Part shown: piece by piece, positions 9,728-17,751 of the stretch | Position numbering within the stretch: the first letter of the stretch is position 1 | Layout of the letters: every line of letters starts with the position of its first letter | IMG/VR virus record: IMGVR_UViG_3300045131_000805 | Span: 1 to 37,077 of that record | Source of the DNA: a virus | Lineage: Duplodnaviria > Caudoviricetes | Direction: 5' to 3' (one strand) | Length of the DNA: 37,077 nt | Notes under the pieces: generated by a model | Databases searched by the model: none | What the model was told of the DNA's origin: nothing | What the model saw: only the letters and a program-made list of their open reading frames with translations | Translations under genes and position numbers: made by a program

Positions 9728-10129
9728 TTAATTTGACGTCTTAATCGTTTCTGTTTGTGTTTGCGTATGCGTTTGCACACCCATTTGTGCTTCGTTCATT
9801 GCCTTAACGGACTCGAGATTCTTCATTCGAATATACTCGCCTGACATAAAGCTAACATACGCTATAATGAGAGCGGCAACAATACCACCGATCCATTGTA
9901 CAATTGACTTACGCCAATCGTTATGTTCTTTTAAATGTTCTTTCATTGTTTCGCAAGGTTGAGTATAGTGCGGCCATTGCTGCAATGTCGTAACAAGTAT
10001 TGTTACTTGCGTTGCTAAATTAGCTATTGCCTCATCAGTTTGCTTCTTCTGTTCTTGGACAGTTATTTCCACACGATCAATCCTTGTATCTAATCTAGTA
10101 ACAGTCCGATCTTCCTCAGTAGGCGGCAT
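9728..10129 (-). CDS. Coiled-coil plus single-TM membrane protein (holin-like candidate)
   Basis: N-terminal coiled coil, TM segment IVQWIGGIVAALIIAYVSF. Confidence 0.5.
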   Translation of the reverse strand: MPPTEEDRTVTRLDTRIDRVEITVQEQKKQTDEAIANLATQVTILVTTLQQWPHYTQPCETMKEHLKEHNDWRKSIVQWIGGIVAALIIAYVSFMSGEYIRMKNLESVKAMNEAQMGVQTHTQTQTETIKTSN

Positions 10130-10564
10130 TTATACCTCGTCATTGTCAATGTTGTCATTATCATCCGTATCCGTATCTTCAACCTGTGGAACCGATCCAG
10201 CAGGTACAAATTCAATCTTAAGAGGTAAGATGTTTTTGAACTCTTCTTTCTTCAACAGACCTTGCATTGCGGCCATCGAATCCAATATACGTAATGCACA
10301 AGCTGTTGATGGAGTAGATGGATCTGCAATACATCTCTTTAATAATTGCAATCTTAAATGGGCATGCCAACGATGGTAATCATCTTCCGATAGATCAAGC
10401 GTCTTATCGAGATTCTTCCAATTATCATAAAAGTTTTTCAATAGCGCGGTTGCATCATCTGGAGACATGCAATAACCCTCACGGTGGAGGGTTGCAACTA
10501 TCTCTTCATTCGTACAAGCTTGAGCAATCAGTTGTCCGACATATTGTAAAACTGGCATTGCCAT
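10130..10564 (-). CDS. Putative terminase small subunit
   Basis: First gene after the terminator. Helical protein with the ALRILDSMAAMQGL...KIEFV pattern typical of TerS C-termini and an acidic tail. ATG 10564 follows GGGAG. Confidence 0.55.
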   Translation of the reverse strand: MAMPVLQYVGQLIAQACTNEEIVATLHREGYCMSPDDATALLKNFYDNWKNLDKTLDLSEDDYHRWHAHLRLQLLKRCIADPSTPSTACALRILDSMAAMQGLLKKEEFKNILPLKIEFVPAGSVPQVEDTDTDDNDNIDNDEV

Positions 10565-10674
10565 TTGGATCACTCCCAAAAGAATTCTATAATTTAATAT
10601 TTAACGTGTCTTTACAAATAGTTCTAACCAAAATTTTTTAAACATGCACTCCCAACGCAAAAAGAAAAGTAGCC

Positions 10675-10724
10675 AAAAAAAGGGACCCGCAACTTACCTA
10701 CTCGCGTAGATAAATTGGGGTCCC
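10675..10724 (-). terminator. Rho-independent terminator ending the early/middle region
   Basis: Minus strand GGGACCC...GGGTCCC long imperfect stem followed by T7. Confidence 0.75.
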
Positions 10725-10729
10725 GTTAG

Positions 10730-10742
10730 AAGCACAGGGGGC
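10730..10742 (+). repeat. Dispersed motif AAGCACAGGGGGC (intergenic, between a stop codon and the terminator)
   Basis: Exact match. Confidence 0.9.
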
Positions 10743-11096
10743 TTAAAGTCCAGCTGCTCGTCCCTTCTTAGGTGACGATTCACCCCTACGATCTATACCT
10801 GGAGTGCTATTTAATATAGCATATTCCTTCGGATCGAAAGGTTTTGTATTGGCTGCAGCTATGGCTGCTCGCTTCCTGCGTGCTTCCTCTTGTTTCTGTT
10901 GAACGGAGCTCTTTGCATCAGGTGTAACCGAATACTTTATCGAGTCATTCAAAATGTTAATTACATCTTGCATATCCTCGCGTCCCTTGCATTCAATTGT
11001 AATCTCTAACATTGCTTGTAAGTAGTCACTCGCCATTTTGGCTATTGGAACTGGTATACGGCAATATGTTACATGCGTAGTAATAGAATTACTCAC
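10743..11096 (-). CDS. Hypothetical protein
   Basis: 117 aa, coupled to the upstream ORF, ends before the terminator. Confidence 0.55.
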   Translation of the reverse strand: MSNSITTHVTYCRIPVPIAKMASDYLQAMLEITIECKGREDMQDVINILNDSIKYSVTPDAKSSVQQKQEEARRKRAAIAAANTKPFDPKEYAILNSTPGIDRRGESSPKKGRAAGL

Positions 11097-11301
11097 GTTG
11101 TAGACTCCTTCCGTTCAACTGTAGTGGTAAGAGGGATACTCTTACCTGACGCCCTTTCGGGCATCGGTTCTTTGGTCGGTTGTTAATAACTGTTTGTACA
11201 CTTATATAATCCCCGAATCCTTTCTGTTGTAATGCCCGCGTCCTCTTAATAGAACTAGCAGCCGTTCTAGTTACAGTTGCGGGTAATGTATTGTTCAACA
11301 T
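11089..11301 (-). CDS. Small basic hypothetical protein
   Basis: RBS AAGGAG upstream, 70 aa. Confidence 0.5.
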   Translation of the reverse strand: MLNNTLPATVTRTAASSIKRTRALQQKGFGDYISVQTVINNRPKNRCPKGRQVRVSLLPLQLNGRSLQRE

Positions 11302-11311
11302 ATCACACTCC

Positions 11312-11962
11312 TTAATACGTTACGCCAATTGCTCGACCCTTTTCATCTGTATACTCACGTTTGAATCGTATCGGTAACCTTACGATAGTCGCAAGTTGAT
11401 TAAACGTATCACATTGCATTCTCGAATCTGGTCCCTTAATGTATAAGCCCTTAATCATCGGTACTTCGAATAGTTCTGGCTTCTCTTTCAGATCCCATTC
11501 GTCCCAACTTTCTCTCTTCGCTGCTTGTAATGCGAAACGCTCTTGTCTCACATACAATGCTATACAACAGTCAATATAGTGCTGAAGATATTCCCAGCCC
11601 CAATTGAATTCTCTTGCAACAAAGTCTATGTTAGAATCAACGAACGCTTCGTTAAATAATGCGACGTACGATGAAAACTGTTCGCCGAAATAAGTTATCT
11701 CAGCTTCGCTCAGCTCTTGTATGTGTAACCATACGCCTCGTTTGTATCGAGTCATCTCTAAACGTTTCTCTGGTCGATACCTATAGTACGTATCCCACAT
11801 TGTCGAACCTTCGGGTATATCGCGAAAGTCTACGGGCAATGCTTTCAACGCATCGATTTGATTCTTCAACTCATAGATCTCTCTCTCTGCGGGAGACATC
11901 TTCTCAAGTAACTGCTTGATATTCTTCGGTTGCTTATGATAATGTTGATAACTCTTTGCCAC
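11312..11962 (-). CDS. Hypothetical protein
   Basis: 216 aa in the co-directional gene string. Confidence 0.65.
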   Translation of the reverse strand: MAKSYQHYHKQPKNIKQLLEKMSPAEREIYELKNQIDALKALPVDFRDIPEGSTMWDTYYRYRPEKRLEMTRYKRGVWLHIQELSEAEITYFGEQFSSYVALFNEAFVDSNIDFVAREFNWGWEYLQHYIDCCIALYVRQERFALQAAKRESWDEWDLKEKPELFEVPMIKGLYIKGPDSRMQCDTFNQLATIVRLPIRFKREYTDEKGRAIGVTY

Positions 11963-12351
11963 TAGTTAGATCCTTTCATCATTGAGACTGTTTCACTTAC
12001 CGCTATTACACTTGGAACACTTTCGGTCTCATACCAATTACCGCAATCCTTACAGTATACGATATACTTCATCTCCGATTGCGCTAATGGATAATTCGAA
12101 CTCCGACGCATCACCATTTCACCATGACATCGTACTCCATCATCTGTTATGCGCGTGCACTTAGTCTTTGCAATTATTCCACGTGCTTGATTCTCTTCGT
12201 TATTCGGCGCATAGTACTTCCGCAACTTTGACCTAGCTGCCGTAGCCTCCATTGATTCGCTAACATTGATTACCCGACTTACTTTCGCAAGCGGTTTAAA
12301 ACTTACACAATCAAAGACATCCGAACTATTCATCTTCGCTCTCCTCAACAC
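11962..12351 (-). CDS. Zn-ribbon protein
   Basis: C-x9-C...CKDC. Confidence 0.55.
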   Translation of the reverse strand: MLRRAKMNSSDVFDCVSFKPLAKVSRVINVSESMEATAARSKLRKYYAPNNEENQARGIIAKTKCTRITDDGVRCHGEMVMRRSSNYPLAQSEMKYIVYCKDCGNWYETESVPSVIAVSETVSMMKGSN

Positions 12352-12829
12352 CTGAGCCTGCTATACCCATATCAACTTTACTTACACCTTGACCATTTGC
12401 TGCCATCGCTGCTTCACCTAACAGTGGAAAGTATTGCGAAGCACCAACCATCAATAGTACCTCTTGCAATGCTTCGTAATAGGTTGTCTTAACTGTTCGA
12501 CTTATCAAACGATGCGAACTATCGAACTGCACAACTTCTTTACCTATCACCATTATCATTCCGAACCCATCTCTCTGAAAGCATACGCACGGCTTTGGAT
12601 TCCATCTTGCCATTCCTTCTATTCCTTTCTCTCTATCTCTAACTCTAACATGTCTGCTCATTAACGTCAACGCTGTAAGCACAGGGGGCCTATTATCAGC
12701 GTAAGATGCTAGATACTCTAGCTCGTCCCAACCATACAGGGCAACTACTTTCCTCCATATAATAATAAGATGAGTATCGTATTGTATTGCGCTTGCATAA
12801 GTTTCGTACCAACTTGTCTTCAACGCCAT
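12326..12829 (-). CDS. Hypothetical protein
   Basis: 167 aa, RBS AAGGAG; contains motif copy at 12677-12689. Confidence 0.65.
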   Translation of the reverse strand: MALKTSWYETYASAIQYDTHLIIIWRKVVALYGWDELEYLASYADNRPPVLTALTLMSRHVRVRDREKGIEGMARWNPKPCVCFQRDGFGMIMVIGKEVVQFDSSHRLISRTVKTTYYEALQEVLLMVGASQYFPLLGEAAMAANGQGVSKVDMGIAGSGVEESEDE

Positions 12830-12844
12830 TTCATTATCGCTCCT

Positions 12845-13105
12845 TTATATATTAAACGAATGATTAACTGCCGTTTGATCAACTACGTACTTAAGTCCTC
12901 CTTCAATCCATTCAAATGCAATACCTCCCGTAATTGCATTATGCAATGTTAATAATTGTTTGCCTACGCGTTCGTATTGCAACAACACATATTCGTCGCT
13001 TAGGTCAAGACCTTCTTCGAAGGACTTTGTCACTGTTTGTGCGTCTTCAAGAAGTTTAACTAACTCGATGCACAGTTGTTTAACTTCGTTTGGTCTGATA
13101 CACAT
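12845..13105 (-). CDS. Hypothetical protein
   Basis: RBS GAAAGGA, 86 aa. Confidence 0.6.
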   Translation of the reverse strand: MCIRPNEVKQLCIELVKLLEDAQTVTKSFEEGLDLSDEYVLLQYERVGKQLLTLHNAITGGIAFEWIEGGLKYVVDQTAVNHSFNI

Positions 13106-13165
13106 TATTGTTCCTTTCTCTAAAAATATATTATATAGAGGTCTATACGATAGGTAAATTTAAAA

Positions 13166-13393
13166 TTAAAAATCCCTTCGTACTCCATACCTCGCATCAA
13201 GTACTGTTCGATATGACGGCGGTGCGATAAGTAGATCGAAGACGATATCCGTAAGCTGTTCTGGCTTCATACCTTCGTAGTCTATATGTCTTGGTCTACG
13301 TTGTCTTCCACAACCACAACCTTCCCAGTTATCGTCATCAACAATACAATCGCTCATCTTAAGTCCTTTCTCTGTATTCATGATACTCTTCAA
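13166..13393 (-). CDS. Hypothetical protein (start probably the internal MSDC)
   Basis: GAAAGGA RBS precedes the internal ATG. Confidence 0.45.
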   Translation of the reverse strand: MKSIMNTEKGLKMSDCIVDDDNWEGCGCGRQRRPRHIDYEGMKPEQLTDIVFDLLIAPPSYRTVLDARYGVRRDF

Positions 13394-13628
13394 TTTCGCG
13401 TTGAGCTAGCCGATATGCTTTACAGAGTGCGAATATCTCGCGACGGGCTAACCGTAGTCGTGTATTCTCTTTCTTTAAGCATATTATCGAATCCAAATAG
13501 AAGTGATGCGGATTCTCAAGTTGCTGATCTAGCCATTGTGCGCGAGTTGCTAGATTCGTTTTGATCATCTCAGCAATAATTTTTTTGGCTGTCTTGCATC
13601 GTATCAATGTTTTTGCATCCATAATCAT
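13359..13628 (-). CDS. Hypothetical basic protein
   Basis: 89 aa, coupled to the upstream ORF. Confidence 0.55.
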   Translation of the reverse strand: MIMDAKTLIRCKTAKKIIAEMIKTNLATRAQWLDQQLENPHHFYLDSIICLKKENTRLRLARREIFALCKAYRLAQREIEEYHEYRERT

Positions 13629-14233
13629 ATCCCCGCTATATCTGATCCACCTTGTTTGTTCTTCTTAGCAGATGGCGTAAGCTCTTCTTGTAATGTAGTC
13701 TCGAGCCAATCGATCTCGTCATCGGCCCATCCATTATCAGCATCTGCCATCGATACACGTAATGCTCTTACTAAAGTATCCTTTCCGAACTTCTGAACTA
13801 TGCGCGCAATAATATTCTCTACTGGTACCCACCATAGTTCGGCAGGCATCTTACGGTCTACAACATCGTCAATCGTTTCGGTAATCATTTCGATAGCCTC
13901 ATCGATAGTTCCTTCGTCATCGAGCTCTTGGTCATTCTGTACTGTAAGTGATGGTGCCTGTAATGCATTAAAATAGTTCCAGAGCATATTAGTCATCAAT
14001 TGTTGTAACCAATTCCAAGTCTCGGTTGTCTCTTCGATACCATGACCTTCACCATCACAGTAGATATCTTGAATCATCTCGAACTCGTCGCTGCTACTCA
14101 TATAACTCATATGGTAGTCAATTAACTTATCGAGGAGAGCTGTTGGTATAGGTCTCTCGATTTTCTTTACTGCCAATCGTGCACAAATTGTTTTCAGTAT
14201 CACTAGCTCATCTTCATTGTATTGTGTTTCCAT
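13625..14233 (-). CDS. Acidic hypothetical protein
   Basis: 202 aa, D/E-rich, RBS GAAAGGA. Confidence 0.7.
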   Translation of the reverse strand: METQYNEDELVILKTICARLAVKKIERPIPTALLDKLIDYHMSYMSSSDEFEMIQDIYCDGEGHGIEETTETWNWLQQLMTNMLWNYFNALQAPSLTVQNDQELDDEGTIDEAIEMITETIDDVVDRKMPAELWWVPVENIIARIVQKFGKDTLVRALRVSMADADNGWADDEIDWLETTLQEELTPSAKKNKQGGSDIAGI

Positions 14234-14696
14234 TGTTTATCCTTTCTTAACTATTACTCTAATATATACTTATAACCTCCCGATTAGCGTATACCAAACA
14301 ATTTCGGTATACGCTGCCGATGTGGCTCGGTGTAAACATATAAAAAATAGGACATAGGCTGGTTCAACATTGGTATATCCATAAAGCAAACTATATACTT
14401 ATAACGCATGGAATATACTTATAATCCGGTGATACGGATTATATATACCTCATAGAGATATATATAAGACCTCTATTATATACTTATAACCTACACCTTA
14501 CAAAGCCTCTAAGCCTCTTTCTATACTACTATTTAACTAATAATATAATAGAGGTTATATAGTTATATTTATATATAATAGATATAATCTGGATGCTATG
14601 GATTATACGTATTTTCCGTATATACATATATAGGTGCTTCCTCCCATATACCCAAATTTTCATATACCGCCACTTAACGGCTGTATACGCCTACAG
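14234..14696. promoter_or_regulatory. AT-rich non-coding region with iterated TATATACTTATAAC; candidate replication origin or regulatory region
   Basis: Largest intergenic gap. Repeat at 14263, 14392, 14477, near-copy at 14413. Hairpins near 14286-14315 and 14421-14442. Confidence 0.55.
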
Positions 14697-14954
14697 CTAT
14701 GCATACAGCCCTGTAAGCTCGGTCCAGTTCGCAGGCAATTCGCCATACGCATACTTACTTCGCTTGCCCGCACTATACTCACGATTTAATTGTTGATTGA
14801 CATCGATACTCGTTACGACAATTGTCTCACGACCAGTAGCTAATACGGCCAATCGATCTTCGATATCGCACATCATATCCCAATACTGACTTCGATGCTC
14901 CTGATAGTAGTACCATACTTCACGCAACATTTCTTGTTGGTCCATCATTATCAA
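14697..14954 (-). CDS. Hypothetical protein
   Basis: GGAGG RBS, ~83 aa. Confidence 0.55.
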   Translation of the reverse strand: MIMMDQQEMLREVWYYYQEHRSQYWDMMCDIEDRLAVLATGRETIVVTSIDVNQQLNREYSAGKRSKYAYGELPANWTELTGLYA

Positions 14955-14981
14955 ACCTCCAATACATACTTACTTACTTAC

Positions 14982-15464
14982 TTACCACTTAACTAGTTTA
15001 TTGCGTTTCGGTAGCTGCTTCGTTATCTCCTTTCGAATCTCGGTCTTCTTAAAGTATCCACTGTCTAAGTCCAATATGCGTTCAAGCGTGCGATAGTCTT
15101 CGGCACTCAATATTTCGCCGCTGCGCCATTCACTTCGCAACTCGCTCAACAACCATCCGCGTCCATACTCCTTAATCAACTGTTCGCAATCCAATTTCAT
15201 CAACGCTTCATATTCCGTAAAGCGACGCTCTATTGTTCCAATAAAGTTGCTGAACGATACTTGTCTCTTAATCCTTTCTTTCTTAATACTATCTCTGATA
15301 CTTTCTTCGAAACACGGCACACAAATATTACCACTGACTGGCTTGCCGCATTTAATACAATTGAACGGCTTCTTCGCTTTTTCTTGTGCCATACGCGATA
15401 TAAGACTACCGTGCGCTTTCTTATGCTTCGCTTGTGCTCGTTCGCTTAGTTTACCTTTACTCAT
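14982..15464 (-). CDS. Hypothetical protein with Zn-finger
   Basis: CIKC-x9-CVPC, basic N-terminus. Confidence 0.6.
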   Translation of the reverse strand: MSKGKLSERAQAKHKKAHGSLISRMAQEKAKKPFNCIKCGKPVSGNICVPCFEESIRDSIKKERIKRQVSFSNFIGTIERRFTEYEALMKLDCEQLIKEYGRGWLLSELRSEWRSGEILSAEDYRTLERILDLDSGYFKKTEIRKEITKQLPKRNKLVKW

Positions 15465-15718
15465 TCTTCATAGCCTCCATTATCTCTTATTCTCTGTTCT
15501 ATTTCATGATTCTCAATTTGAGCATCAACACATGCTTGGCACTTATACTTACCTCCTACTAACTCCGTGCCATCTTCGTCTGCACAACTTTCACAATACC
15601 AATTCTTGCAATCACAACACTGTACTTCACCTTGTCGTTCACCACATTCGCATATCGGAACGAACTTACGTCTTGGTTCCTTATGCTCCTGATATTCATT
15701 GTAATCATTCTCCGGCAT
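15461..15718 (-). CDS. Cys-rich Zn-binding protein
   Basis: CEC..CCDC..CESC..CQAC. Confidence 0.6.
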   Translation of the reverse strand: MPENDYNEYQEHKEPRRKFVPICECGERQGEVQCCDCKNWYCESCADEDGTELVGGKYKCQACVDAQIENHEIEQRIRDNGGYEE

Positions 15719-15721
15719 ATA

Positions 15722-15982
15722 TTAGCACTCGCACCTTTCTGGTATCGACATGCACCACATAACTAAGTACTTTTGTCTCTCCGGACCACCGTTTGGTTCA
15801 TCGTCAGAGACATCGCGCCATTTCTTCGCATCACTCTTCTTTACGTACATTGGCACAACGAATATATCCAATCCGTCTCGCCATCCTGTCTGCACGATTA
15901 CTTGCATTCCTTTCTCTTTAGCATGTCGTTTAATATCTCGAAACGAGCAATAGTTACACTGACTCATGAGCCTATCCTCCAC
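15722..15982 (-). CDS. Cys-containing hypothetical protein
   Basis: CNYC at N-terminus, CEC at C-terminus. Confidence 0.55.
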   Translation of the reverse strand: MEDRLMSQCNYCSFRDIKRHAKEKGMQVIVQTGWRDGLDIFVVPMYVKKSDAKKWRDVSDDEPNGGPERQKYLVMWCMSIPERCEC

Positions 15983-16208
15983 ACATAAAACTTAAGTCTT
16001 CAGGATCTGATGCAACACCTATAAAAGCCTCGTATCGATCCCATTCATTCGCACAATAGTAAACTACAAAAATCCAATGACCATTCCAACTTTTGATACG
16101 TCCTCTTTCAGTATAATAAGAACACGAGAACTCAACCCACCTACCTTTATCCTCTTCCTTAAGATCCGCTATGTTAATCATACTCCCTATCCTTTCGATG
16201 CTAACCAC
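15972..16208 (-). CDS. Hypothetical protein
   Basis: Small ORF, GGGAG RBS before the internal MINI start. Confidence 0.5.
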   Translation of the reverse strand: MVSIERIGSMINIADLKEEDKGRWVEFSCSYYTERGRIKSWNGHWIFVVYYCANEWDRYEAFIGVASDPEDLSFMCGG

Positions 16209-16426
16209 GCATTCACGGTTTCTTTACTACCCCAACAATTAAATGGTATACTGTTATATATGTAGTTGCAGATTTCGTACAACCGATAGCGATTGAGATC
16301 ATCTGCTCGACTTAGTGCAGCAAATAAGTCATTTGTCAAAACTGCGTACAAAAAATCGCCTGTCGGTATTCTATGGCTAACATACATATCTAAAGTACTT
16401 TTAATGTTCTCTGGTAAATTATTCAT
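16187..16426 (-). CDS. Conserved phage-type hypothetical protein
   Basis: GDFLYAVLTNDL..A..RAD...CWGS.E.V..W pattern recognised from phage hypotheticals; GAAAGGA RBS. Confidence 0.7.
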   Translation of the reverse strand: MNNLPENIKSTLDMYVSHRIPTGDFLYAVLTNDLFAALSRADDLNRYRLYEICNYIYNSIPFNCWGSKETVNAWLASKG

Positions 16427-16451
16427 ACGTTGTTCCTTTCTTTCTCAATAA

Positions 16452-16650
16452 AATAGACTACCGGTACGGATGTAGGCAACACACCTACACATCATACTGC
16501 ACTATACGACGCATTAACACATCATTTACATACAACACATATAGTAACCAAAGTCAAATTTCACATCCTCGTGTCTGAAGAGCATAAGTTCAACGGTCCT
16601 TTCTTAGTTGCTGGCTATGTATCAATTTGTATATGTACCGGTAGTCTATT
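16452..16650. repeat. Perfect 16-bp inverted repeat enclosing ~167 bp
   Basis: AATAGACTACCGGTAC (16452-16467) and GTACCGGTAGTCTATT (16635-16650). Confidence 0.9.
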
Positions 16651-16656
16651 CATTTA

Positions 16657-16700
16657 CACTAACTTCACTAACTTCACTAACTTCACTAACTTCACTAACT
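16657..16700. repeat. 9-bp tandem repeat (CACTAACTT) x ~5
   Basis: Read directly; overlaps the stop codon of 16695..16880. Confidence 0.9.
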
Positions 16701-16880
16701 CAATAAGTCTTCAATGTAATCTGGTTCGAGTCCATTATCCAGTAATACGTCTGCTGGATCATATCCATCACCAACTTGCTCACGCATCTCTTCAATTAAG
16801 TCATCAGCTTGAGCTGGACTGTTACCTTGGTTAATTAACGCTTGTTTTAACTCAGTCATTGACGTCAATACTCCTTTCAT
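16695..16880 (-). CDS. Small acidic hypothetical protein (likely start MTELK)
   Basis: GAAAGGAG RBS before the internal ATG. Confidence 0.6.
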   Translation of the reverse strand: MKGVLTSMTELKQALINQGNSPAQADDLIEEMREQVGDGYDPADVLLDNGLEPDYIEDLLS

Positions 16881-17220
16881 CCTTGTATGTTAGATAATAT
16901 GTTACGAAACACGGATCGTTAAAGTCTACTCCGTATTCCTTTACATCAGTCGCATTCGGATTTACAATCAGTTGTGGATGTTGCGCATCGTGCATCTCTT
17001 TCTTAATCGCTGCGAACTCCGAATATGCCTCAGCGAACATTGCGAAGTCTTTCATATTGATCTCATTGTCTTCATTGAAATCATACTTCGCGCACAATCG
17101 TTCCAGCACGAATACATTTGCTTCTAACGCGGCCTTAACTATCCATGTCGAGCATAGTATCACAAGACATATCGCCAACATCACAATGTTTCTGTGCTGC
17201 TGTTTTTCATAGTCCGGCAT
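16852..17220 (-). CDS. Membrane-anchored protein with dockerin-like EF-hand motif
   Basis: N-terminal TM; YDFNEDNEINMKDFAMFAEAY. Confidence 0.65.
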   Translation of the reverse strand: MPDYEKQQHRNIVMLAICLVILCSTWIVKAALEANVFVLERLCAKYDFNEDNEINMKDFAMFAEAYSEFAAIKKEMHDAQHPQLIVNPNATDVKEYGVDFNDPCFVTYYLTYKDERSIDVND

Positions 17221-17549
17221 TATATACCTCCGCCAACTACTACTCCAGCTCCGGCTCCACCTTTAACTAACGTATCCGCTAGCTTCAAAGCTGCTTGAGC
17301 ATCGCTTTTCTGACCATCCATAACCAGTTTCGTAACAGCGCCTGTATTCGGATCGATATACACTTCTAAGTGATCAATCTCTTGGCTCGATAGTAACGGT
17401 TTCTCATAGGTAAAATCACCGTACGTTATCTTCGTCGAGCAACCGCCTAGCATCGAGACGATCCATAGCGCAATTCCGCCGATTATTATCCCACCAACCA
17501 TCCCACCTAGTAAGTGTGCTACCCTTGACCAATTAATAACATGCTTCAT
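17220..17549 (-). CDS. Putative lipoprotein
   Basis: Hydrophobic N-region ending in lipobox LGGC. Confidence 0.65.
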   Translation of the reverse strand: MKHVINWSRVAHLLGGMVGGIIIGGIALWIVSMLGGCSTKITYGDFTYEKPLLSSQEIDHLEVYIDPNTGAVTKLVMDGQKSDAQAALKLADTLVKGGAGAGVVVGGGI

Positions 17550-17731
17550 ACTTCTTTGCTTCCTTTCTTTTCCATCTGTATAGCCTCGTAAATTTCTTTC
17601 CGGTGTACACTAACGGTCTTGGGTGCGGTAATACCTAACCGTACTTTATCACCACGTACATCCACGATAGTAATCTCAACATCATCGCCTACGATAATAC
17701 TTTGATCCTTCATCCTGCTTAGCACTAACAT
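17546..17731 (-). CDS. csrA: Carbon storage regulator CsrA/RsmA
   Basis: MLVLSR...IIVGDDVEITIVDVRGDKVRLGITAPKTVSVHRKEIYEAIQ, full-length canonical sequence. Confidence 0.95.
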   Translation of the reverse strand: MLVLSRMKDQSIIVGDDVEITIVDVRGDKVRLGITAPKTVSVHRKEIYEAIQMEKKGSKEV

Positions 17732-17751
17732 AATGCTTTCCTACCTTTCTA

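Noticed and set aside
9750-9782. TGTTTG/TGCGT-like repeats
   Set aside because: They encode a low-complexity QT-rich protein tail; no independent signal.
16657-16700. Tandem repeat, or the dispersed motif, as a CRISPR array
   Set aside because: Units are too short, with no regular repeat-spacer architecture.
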